Part shown: piece by piece, positions 38,794 to 45,805 of the stretch
Layout of the letters: the number at the start of each line of letters is the position of its first letter
Numbering within the stretch: the stretch's first letter is position 1
Assembly: GCA_034414775.1 (NCBI GenBank)
Contig: DAOULX010000042.1
Coordinates: forward strand, 3,590-67,589
Origin: Dehalococcoidales bacterium
Lineage (GTDB): Bacteria > Chloroflexota > Dehalococcoidia > Dehalococcoidales > RBG-16-60-22
Reading direction: 5' to 3'
DNA: 64,000 nt
Program-made: the position numbers and the translations under genes
Notes under the pieces: model-generated
What the model saw: only the letters and a program-made list of their open reading frames with translations
Databases searched by the model: none
Told to the model about the DNA's origin: nothing

Positions 38794-39969
38794 TTACAAT
38801 AGTGAGGGGATGTCTTTGGAGACGTCATCCAGCGCCTTGAGCTTGTCCTCCGTCTCCTCCTGGCGTTTCTTGAACTCGGGGATAAGGTCGGTCGAGCGGA
38901 GATAGTAGTCGCGTACTTTCTCAACGTCGCTGAGCTCGGAGAGAAGTACGGTAACATCTACCAGGCCCCTTTCCCTGGGGTAGTCACCGTTGCGGATGAT
39001 GGCCTCCGGCGCGATGTCCCTCATATAATCGCCGATCTCTTTGACCATGTCCATGTTCATTTCCTTGGCCGGGCCGGACACCAGGTATAGCGCCCGGCGC
39101 GAATCGGCGGGATTGCATTTCAGGGAAAGCTCGCTGATGGCCTCATCCATAGCCTGGATGCCCTTCTGGATCTCGGTGCCCTTCTTGCGGAAATCGCTCT
39201 TCCACTCGGTCGGCCACTTGAACAGGGGAGCCTGGGTCTTACCGTAGCCGATGACTGTCCAGCCGACCACGGTCTGGATAATGTCCCCGGCGTCGAGCAG
39301 CTTGGCACCGATGAACTTGGACTTCTTTTCCTCGCCGGCGCAGAGCATATTATAGAACGGCTCGGCAATCATGCCATTTATTTTGGATAGATTGGTCTGG
39401 ATGGAAGAGTCCTTTCTTACGTAGCGCTGGTTATCAACGAGGAAGACGGCATCGGCGACCGAGTAGCAGGACTTGAGGCAGGTGGCCACGTTGAAGACGG
39501 TCCTTTCCTCGGTAGTCTCTTCGTGCTCGAAAGGCAAGACAATCAGGTTCCAAATCGGTTTATCGATGTAGCGTTCCTTCAGGTGCTGCGAGACGATGGA
39601 GATAGCGCCGGATCCGGTGCCTCCTGCCGAACCGGCGATAAGGAGGAAGGCGTCCGTTTCGAAGAAGTGCTTGGTTGTCCTGATCGCGTCTACGATTTTA
39701 TCGGAATCTTCCTTGGCTATCTCGGCACCGAGCTCGTTGATTTTCCCGACGCCGTGGCCGCCGGTCTTGCGGCTACCGATAAGGATCCGATGGCGGTGGT
39801 CGTTACCTATGCTGGACAGGCCGCTCAGATCAGCGGCATCAGTATTGACAGCGAAACAGCCTGTGACGATGGTCATACGACGGCGGCTACGGGCTTTGGA
39901 ATTAAGCCGAGCAAATTCATCGGCAATTCTGCCACCGCACTGCCCCAAGCCAACAACGACTAATTTCAT
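38794..39969 (-). CDS. Tubulin/FtsZ-superfamily GTPase, CetZ-like (paralog A)
   Basis: 391 aa. The T1 loop is MKLVVVGLGQCGGRIADEF, the T4 tubulin signature is SAGGTGSGA, and a T7-like loop is KLLDAGDII. An FtsZ-type C-terminal domain pattern is present (RALYLVSGPAKEMNMDMVKEIG...VDVTVLLSEL). The tail ends KDIPSLL. The RBS is AGGGGG. Confidence 0.85.
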   Translation of the reverse strand: MKLVVVGLGQCGGRIADEFARLNSKARSRRRMTIVTGCFAVNTDAADLSGLSSIGNDHRHRILIGSRKTGGHGVGKINELGAEIAKEDSDKIVDAIRTTKHFFETDAFLLIAGSAGGTGSGAISIVSQHLKERYIDKPIWNLIVLPFEHEETTEERTVFNVATCLKSCYSVADAVFLVDNQRYVRKDSSIQTNLSKINGMIAEPFYNMLCAGEEKKSKFIGAKLLDAGDIIQTVVGWTVIGYGKTQAPLFKWPTEWKSDFRKKGTEIQKGIQAMDEAISELSLKCNPADSRRALYLVSGPAKEMNMDMVKEIGDYMRDIAPEAIIRNGDYPRERGLVDVTVLLSELSDVEKVRDYYLRSTDLIPEFKKRQEETEDKLKALDDVSKDIPSLL

Positions 39970-39997
39970 TGCAGCCCCCTAAGTTTGAGTTATGTCT

Positions 39998-40027
39998 ATT
40001 TTAAGCATAATGTCAGCGCAATGTCAA
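39998..40027 (-). promoter_or_regulatory. Sigma70-type promoter of CetZ-like gene A
   Basis: The minus strand reads TTGACA (40027-40022), an 18-nt spacer, then TAAAAT (40003-39998), about 28 nt upstream of the ATG. Confidence 0.5.
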
Positions 40028-40121
40028 TTAGCGTAAAGTAATTTAATCATATATATTTTCGTACTAATTGTATATATGACCAATTTCCTATCTTAGGTTT
40101 GTTTGGCTTGAAAAGTAGTTA

Positions 40122-40150
40122 TTGAAAAAGTGCTACCCGAATAATATAAT
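40122..40150 (+). promoter_or_regulatory. Sigma70-type promoter of the 818-aa repeat protein gene
   Basis: TTGAAA-N17-TATAAT is followed by the RBS GGGGGGTGG and the ATG at 40183. It is divergent from the CetZ-like A promoter within an AT-rich 213-bp spacer. Confidence 0.5.
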
Positions 40151-40182
40151 AAAGATTGCCATAAAAATTTGGGGGGTGGCGA

Positions 40183-42639
40183 ATGTCTCCGAATCTGAGG
40201 GAAGAAGTCGAGGGGAATATCACAGATTTCGAACGGGCGGTAGCTAAGGCTGAGGAACTCAGCCGGGCTGCCCGAGAGGCTGCCGGTAAATCGACGAAGA
40301 GCGCCATGGAAGCCGCTCAGCGGGCGGAGGAGGTGGGGCTGAAGGCCAAGAAGGCGGCGGAAGATGCCGCCAGGGCGGCCCAGGATGCGATAGCCCGGGC
40401 GGAAAAAGTCAGCCGGGAGGCCAAAGAGGCCGCTGACGCAGCGATGAAAGCCGCTAATGAAGCCATCGCCAAGTCGGAGGAGATCGCCAAGCGGCCGCAG
40501 GAAACGGCCCAATCCATGGCCAAAGCCTTCGAGGAAGCTATCGCACGGGCGGAGAAGATTGGTGGGGAAGCGATGCGGGCGGCGGAATCGGCATTGATGC
40601 TTTCCCAGGAGAGGCTCCAGCGCATCGATGAAATCAGCCGCGAAGCCAAGAAAATAGCTGATACAGCCGAAGAAACAACCCAGGAGGCTATTTCCACAGC
40701 AGAATCAGCCGTTAGCGCCGCCAGAGAGGCCACCGAAGAGTCAATCAGAGCAACCAAGGAAGCTACCAAACAGGCGGAAAAAATGGCCCGAGAGGCCAGG
40801 GAGGCCGCCGAGGCAACCACCAAGGTGTCCAAAGACGTGGTAAGCCGGACGGAGAAGACCAGTCTGTCCACCCGGGAAGCCGCCGAAGTAGCCGCCCGGG
40901 CCGCTGAGGAAGTAGCCACGCGGGCGGAGACTATCAGCAAGGTAGCCCGTGAGGTCGCCGAGGCGTCACAGCGTTCATCCCAGGAAACGATGAACCGTGT
41001 TGAAATGGTGAGTCGGGAGGCCAAACTGGCCAACGACGCTTCTCAGAAGACCGCCCAGGAAGCACTCAAGCGGGCGGAAGACGTTACCAGGGAGACTAGA
41101 GCCGCTACGGATATGGCGGCCAAGATTGCCAAGGAGGCTTCGGCAGCTTCTGTGAAGGCCTCACAGGAAGCGATGGCCAAGGCTGAACTTCTGAGCCAGG
41201 AGGCCGGTACCAAAGCTGCTGCAGCGGCTACCGAATTACAGGAGGCGGTCGCCAGGGCGGAGCAGGTATCACGGGATACCATTGATGCTACCGAAACGGC
41301 CGTGAGGAATGTGAAGGAAGCCCAAGCCCTTACGGAGAAACAGAGTCAGACCGCCAGGGAGGAGGCCGAGGCGGCGTCGCTGTCCGCCCGGGAAGCCGCC
41401 GAAATGGCCGCGCAGTCTGCCCGGGAAACCGCCGAGGCAGCCGCACAATCAGCCAAGGAGGCCGCCCGGGCAGCCGCCGAGAATGCCCGGCAGGCCGCCG
41501 AAGCTGCGGCACAGTCGGCGCGAGAGGCCGCCGATGCGTCAGCCCAACAGGCCAGCGAGGATGTGGAAGCCGCTTCACGTAGCGCCTGGGAAGCGACCGA
41601 GGCGGCAGCTGTAGCCGTGCGGGGTGCAGTCGATGCTGCTGTACAGAAGATACTAGAGGCTTCTCAGAAGACGACTGAAGAATCCGCCGCGGCTGTAACC
41701 AGAGTCGAAGAAGTTAGCGGTGAAGCCCGGCAGAAGTCGGAGGCCGCTTCTGAAGAGTTCCGCCAGGCGGTGGCGCGGATGGAAGAAATAAATAATGCAG
41801 CCGGGGTGTCCGTCGAGGAATCGGCCAGGAGCGCCCGTGAAGCGGTCGAAAAGATCGAGAAAGAGACCCAGGAAGCGGTGGCCAGGGCCGAGGAGATTGG
41901 CCAGTCCGCCAAACAGACAGCCGAGGAATCGACAAGAGTGATGCGGGAAGCCATCGACGCCGCCATTGCGACAGTGCAGGAGACGTCCCAGGTATCCCAA
42001 CAGGAAATCCAGGAGGCGATCGCCAGAGCTGAGGAAATCAGCCGGGAGACAAAGGAAGCGGCCGAGGCAGCGGTCCAGGCCGCCCGGGAAGTGACGGACG
42101 GGCTGGTCAAAGCCGCCACGGAATCCGCGGAGAGGACGGTCAAGGCGGTCAAGGAAGCCACCGAAGCAGCCGCCAAGGTTGCCCGAGAAGCTGCCGGGGT
42201 TTCCATTTCCGCTTTCAGGGAGGCGATAAGCCGGGCGGAGACAAGCGGGCAGCTGGCCAGGCAGACAGCGGACGAGTCCTTCCGCCGCTACGAAGAGTCC
42301 CTGGGTAAGGTCCGGCAAGACGAAACCGGAGAAGGCGAAAGTCAGGAAGAAACCCCGGTCAGCGCCGAAGATGCTGTTGAAGATGAGATGGCCGCTACGC
42401 TGGAGACAGATACCGAGTTTGAGACCGAGATGGGGAGCGCTCAGGATTTGGAGGAAGAAGAGCTAGGCTCGGACATAAAGCTGGAAAAGGAAGACGTTAA
42501 AAACAACGACAAGAACGGTTCAAGGGGAGAACCCAAGGGGAAAATGGAAGCTCGTCTTGAATCCCTGGCCCGGATGTATGAGGCCAAGAGAAACCAGCAA
42601 TCCGGCAAGGGAGATGAGAATAACGATAACGGCGAATGA
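40183..42639 (+). CDS. 818-aa Ala/Glu-rich all-helical repeat protein (25-residue and 11-residue repeats) with an acidic disordered tail
   Basis: A long ORF with RBS and promoter. It has no TM segment and no signal peptide. About 20 copies of a motif resembling A-[IV]-A-R-A-E-x-[IV]-S-R-E-A-K-x-A-A are present. The conserved Glu falls at residues 24, 49, 74, 99, 124, (D149), 174, 199, 224, 249, 274 and 299. A pure 11-mer block covers about residues 392-480. The C-terminal roughly 130 aa are Glu/Asp-rich. Confidence 0.85.
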   Translation: MSPNLREEVEGNITDFERAVAKAEELSRAAREAAGKSTKSAMEAAQRAEEVGLKAKKAAEDAARAAQDAIARAEKVSREAKEAADAAMKAANEAIAKSEEIAKRPQETAQSMAKAFEEAIARAEKIGGEAMRAAESALMLSQERLQRIDEISREAKKIADTAEETTQEAISTAESAVSAAREATEESIRATKEATKQAEKMAREAREAAEATTKVSKDVVSRTEKTSLSTREAAEVAARAAEEVATRAETISKVAREVAEASQRSSQETMNRVEMVSREAKLANDASQKTAQEALKRAEDVTRETRAATDMAAKIAKEASAASVKASQEAMAKAELLSQEAGTKAAAAATELQEAVARAEQVSRDTIDATETAVRNVKEAQALTEKQSQTAREEAEAASLSAREAAEMAAQSARETAEAAAQSAKEAARAAAENARQAAEAAAQSAREAADASAQQASEDVEAASRSAWEATEAAAVAVRGAVDAAVQKILEASQKTTEESAAAVTRVEEVSGEARQKSEAASEEFRQAVARMEEINNAAGVSVEESARSAREAVEKIEKETQEAVARAEEIGQSAKQTAEESTRVMREAIDAAIATVQETSQVSQQEIQEAIARAEEISRETKEAAEAAVQAAREVTDGLVKAATESAERTVKAVKEATEAAAKVAREAAGVSISAFREAISRAETSGQLARQTADESFRRYEESLGKVRQDETGEGESQEETPVSAEDAVEDEMAATLETDTEFETEMGSAQDLEEEELGSDIKLEKEDVKNNDKNGSRGEPKGKMEARLESLARMYEAKRNQQSGKGDENNDNGE

Positions 42640-42690
42640 GATTGCGGCTCGGGGGCCGGAAAACGCCGGTTAAAGGCTATCAGAAACAAT

Positions 42691-42719
42691 TTGACTTTTA
42701 AATATTAGGGCAATATACT
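42691..42719 (+). promoter_or_regulatory. Sigma70-type promoter of the 162-aa repeat protein gene
   Basis: TTGACT-N17-TATACT lies about 90 nt upstream of the GTG start at 42811. Confidence 0.5.
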
Positions 42720-42810
42720 GGGCACAAAGTAGCAACCGGACTACTGGAAACGCCCCTTTATTGTTGCCGGTGATTAATGGAGAAATCAGTTTCATATAAG
42801 GAGGTGCCAG

Positions 42811-43299
42811 GTGGCCAACCCGAAGGAACGAACCAAGAAGACTACAGCAGAACTTGAACCCGAACCATCTGTAGAAGTGGCACCGGAGGAACAGCCCAAG
42901 AGTCCTCTTGATGAGGTCATGAGCCAGGCCGAAAAGGCCTATGCCGCTTATATGGACGCCGAGCGGCAGGTGGCCCGGGCCTATCATGAGAACGAGGTGC
43001 AGGTGGCCAAGGCTTACAAGCGGGCGGAGGAGCAGGCCGCCCGGGCTTATGAAGCGGCCGTTGCGAAGGCATTGAAAGACCGTGACGAGGCGATATCGCG
43101 GGCGGCTAAAAGCCGTGAGGACATGATGAGGCGGGCTGAAGAGGCTTACCAGGCGGCCGTCGATTCAGCCTGCGCCAATAGTGAAACGGCCATTGCCGAG
43201 GCTGTTAAAGTTCGTGATGAAAGCGTTGAGAAAGCCTGGCAGGTACGCGACCAGACCATTGAACAGGCCTGGCAGATTTACTCCAAGATAGCCAGGTAG
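42811..43299 (+). CDS. 162-aa hendecad-repeat helical protein
   Basis: The start is GTG, preceded by AAGGAGG. After a Pro/Glu-rich N-terminus, an aromatic residue recurs every 11th residue (Y47, Y58, Y69, Y80, Y113, then W143 and W154). Confidence 0.75.
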   Translation: MANPKERTKKTTAELEPEPSVEVAPEEQPKSPLDEVMSQAEKAYAAYMDAERQVARAYHENEVQVAKAYKRAEEQAARAYEAAVAKALKDRDEAISRAAKSREDMMRRAEEAYQAAVDSACANSETAIAEAVKVRDESVEKAWQVRDQTIEQAWQIYSKIAR

Positions 43300-43349
43300 C
43301 AATCCGTGGCGGTCGGCCGACTGCCTGTCATTAACCGGAAACCGACTGT

Positions 43350-43390
43350 AAAAAAGTCCGGAGCAACCTGATTCAGGCGGCGCCCCGGAC
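43350..43390 (-). terminator. Hairpin with T6 tract downstream of CetZ-like gene B (A-tract on the other side)
   Basis: The minus strand reads GTCCGGGGCGCCGCCTGAATCAGGTTGCTCCGGAC followed by TTTTTT, 26 nt after the stop at 43416. It may also serve the convergent 162-aa gene. Confidence 0.55.
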
Positions 43391-43415
43391 ATTTAAACCG
43401 ATATTTAGCAGTTAC

Positions 43416-44591
43416 TTAAAGCAGCGAGGGTATATCCTTGATGGTAATATCAATCCCTCGCTGCGTACTTATTGCACCCTCCTGGCGTTTCTTCAATTCG
43501 CTCATGAGATTGATAGCCTTGGTAAAGTAGTTCCTAACCTTCTCCACATCGCTGAGTTCGGATAGTATCAGGGTTATATCCACAGCGCCTTTTTCACGGG
43601 GGTAATCGCCGCTCCTGATGATAGCTTCTGGGGACATATTCTTGATGTGGGCTCCCATTTCCTTGATAAGGTCCACGTTGATTTCCTTGGCCGGGGCGGA
43701 AACCAGGTAGAGAGCCCTCTTCGAGTCCAGCGGATTACACCTGATGGACAGGCCGCTGATGGCGGAATCGAGGGCCTGGATGCCCTTCTGTGTTTCCGTA
43801 GCTTTGTTCCTGAAATGGCGGTTGCGGCCGAAGAGGTTTTTAAACGCGGAAGTGTGGGACCGGCCATATCCCAGAGTTGTCCAGCCTACCAGTGTCTGGA
43901 TGATATCCCCCGCATCTAGTATCTTGGCGCCGATGTGGCGGGACTTTATCTCCTCGCCGGCGCAGAGCAGATCGTAGAAGGGTTGGACGATGGTAGTGTT
44001 AATGCGGTGGAGGTTGCCCATGATATGCCGGTCTTTCATGACATAGCGCTGGTTATCGATGAGGAAGACGGCATCGGCAACCAGGTAGCTGGACTTGAGG
44101 CAGGTAGCCACGTTGTAAACCGTCCTTTCCTCGGTGGCCTCTTCATGTTCAAAGGGCAGGATGATGAGGTCGTAAACAGGCTTATCGACATAGCGTTCTT
44201 TTATCTGTTGGGTCATAACGGAGATGGCGCCGGAACCGGTGCCGCCGGCTGCCCCGGCAATAAGCAGGAAGGCATCGGTTTCCTGAAAGCCCTTCGAGCT
44301 TCTGATGGTCTCGATGATTTTATCGGCGTCTTCCCGGGCGACTTCGGCGCCGAGCTCGTTGATTTTACCGACGCCATGGCCCTGGGTCTTCTTATTACCG
44401 ATGAGGATACGGGTGTCATAGCGAGGTTTTATGGTCTTCAGGCCATGGAGGTCGGCTAAATCGGTATTGACGGCGAAAGCGCCGGTGATTATATTCAGCC
44501 CGCGGGTACTACGTGCCCGACTATTAAGCCGGGCGAACTCGTCAGCAATCCTGCCACCGCATTGCCCCAGGCCGATGACGATTAGTTTCAT
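43416..44591 (-). CDS. Tubulin/FtsZ-superfamily GTPase, CetZ-like (paralog B)
   Basis: 391 aa, collinear with paralog A without gaps and roughly two-thirds identical by eye. The same motifs are present (GLGQCGGRIADEF, AAGGTGSGA, KILDAGDII), and it ends in the identical KDIPSLL. Confidence 0.85.
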   Translation of the reverse strand: MKLIVIGLGQCGGRIADEFARLNSRARSTRGLNIITGAFAVNTDLADLHGLKTIKPRYDTRILIGNKKTQGHGVGKINELGAEVAREDADKIIETIRSSKGFQETDAFLLIAGAAGGTGSGAISVMTQQIKERYVDKPVYDLIILPFEHEEATEERTVYNVATCLKSSYLVADAVFLIDNQRYVMKDRHIMGNLHRINTTIVQPFYDLLCAGEEIKSRHIGAKILDAGDIIQTLVGWTTLGYGRSHTSAFKNLFGRNRHFRNKATETQKGIQALDSAISGLSIRCNPLDSKRALYLVSAPAKEINVDLIKEMGAHIKNMSPEAIIRSGDYPREKGAVDITLILSELSDVEKVRNYFTKAINLMSELKKRQEGAISTQRGIDITIKDIPSLL

Positions 44592-44619
44592 GGAGCGACC
44601 CTATTTTATTGTTGTATTC

Positions 44620-44648
44620 ATTGTACGCAATAAATAATGGGATGTCAA
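44620..44648 (-). promoter_or_regulatory. Sigma70-type promoter of CetZ-like gene B
   Basis: The minus strand reads TTGACA (44648-44643), a 17-nt spacer, then TACAAT (44625-44620), about 28 nt upstream of the ATG at 44591. Confidence 0.55.
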
Positions 44649-44790
44649 TCGGTACTAAGGTACAAGGTTAATCGTTCCATCAGACGTGCTGAAGGAGGAG
44701 AATGCGTACATTAGCTTGCTTCGCCGTCCCGAAAAGGCCCGGGAGACGAAATAAGCAAAAACGAAAAATCTAGGAGATTTAAGCTTCCGC

Positions 44791-45804
44791 TTATATCCCT
44801 TTCGAAGCTATGAAATGGACGAGGTCACCGAGGCGGCAGCTATAGCCCCACTCGTTGTCATACCAGGCCAGTATCTTGACCATGTTGCCGCCGATGACCA
44901 TCGTGCTCAGCGCATCAATAATCGAACTGTGGGGATTTCCCTTGAAGTCCATGCTGACAAGTTCCTCGTCGCAGTACTCCATGATGCCCTTGAGCGGCCC
45001 GGTGCAGGCCGTCCGTAAAGCGTCGTTGACCTGCTCCACGGTAACTTCTTTAGATACGTCGCAGACAAAATCGATGACCGAGACCGTCGGGGTCGGCACG
45101 CGGAAGGCCAGTCCGTGGATCATACCCTTGAGGTCCGGGATAACCTGCGTCACGGCTTTGGCGGCCCCGGTGGTGGTGGGAATAATGTTGAGGGCAGCGC
45201 CCCGCGCCCGGCGGAGGTCGCTGTGGACGGTATCCATGATACGCTGGTCATTGGTGTAGGAGTGGATAGTGGTCATCAGGCCTTTGGTGACGCCGAAGGC
45301 ATCATGCAGGACCTTGACCGGCGGGGCGATGCCATTGGTGGTGCAGGAGGCGTTAGAAATGACGTTGTGCTTGTCCGGGTCGTAGTCCTTATCGTTAACG
45401 CCGAGGACAATGGTGACGTCCTCGTTCTTGGCGGGGGCCGAGATGATGACCTTTTTAGCGCCGCCCTGGCGGTGGGCGACGGCTTTGGTAGCGTCCGTGA
45501 AAAGACCGGTCGATTCGATGACGATGTCAACGCCATGGTCTTTCCAAGGAATGGCGCCGGGATCCCGCTCGGAGATCACCTTGATTTCATGACCGTCCAA
45601 GATGATGGCGTTTTCGCTATGGTTGACCTCTCCCGGATAGCGGCCGTAAACGCTGTCCCATTTCAACAAGTGGGCGTTGGTCCTGGTGTCGGTCAGGTCG
45701 TTGATAGCCACCACCTCCAGCCGGTCGCGGTGGTACTGGTTGATGGTCCTGAGGGTCAGCCGTCCGATGCGGCCGAAACCATTGATGCCTACTCGGGTTA
45801 CCAT
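44791..45804 (-). CDS. gap: Glyceraldehyde-3-phosphate dehydrogenase, type I
   Basis: 337 aa with NGFGRIGR at the N-terminus and the active site SNASCTTN. Confidence 0.95.
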   Translation of the reverse strand: MVTRVGINGFGRIGRLTLRTINQYHRDRLEVVAINDLTDTRTNAHLLKWDSVYGRYPGEVNHSENAIILDGHEIKVISERDPGAIPWKDHGVDIVIESTGLFTDATKAVAHRQGGAKKVIISAPAKNEDVTIVLGVNDKDYDPDKHNVISNASCTTNGIAPPVKVLHDAFGVTKGLMTTIHSYTNDQRIMDTVHSDLRRARGAALNIIPTTTGAAKAVTQVIPDLKGMIHGLAFRVPTPTVSVIDFVCDVSKEVTVEQVNDALRTACTGPLKGIMEYCDEELVSMDFKGNPHSSIIDALSTMVIGGNMVKILAWYDNEWGYSCRLGDLVHFIASKGI

Positions 45805-45805
45805 A

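Noticed and set aside
40317-42318. Several long minus-strand ORFs (238, 221, 180, 82 and 79 aa) lie antisense to the 818-aa repeat protein gene.
   Set aside because: Their products are low-complexity Ser/Ala/Arg/Leu strings, produced because GCN/GAR-rich periodic codons lack stop codons on the opposite strand. They have no RBS or promoter, and the sense strand has a coherent periodic protein with promoter and RBS.
44702-44773. A 23-codon basic ORF (MRTLACFAVPKRPGRRNKQKRKI) is preceded by GAAGGAGGAG in the gap / CetZ-like B spacer.
   Set aside because: The SD-to-ATG spacing is only about 3 nt and no promoter was seen. The ORF lies antisense between the gap stop codon and the CetZ-like B promoter and is too short to evaluate.
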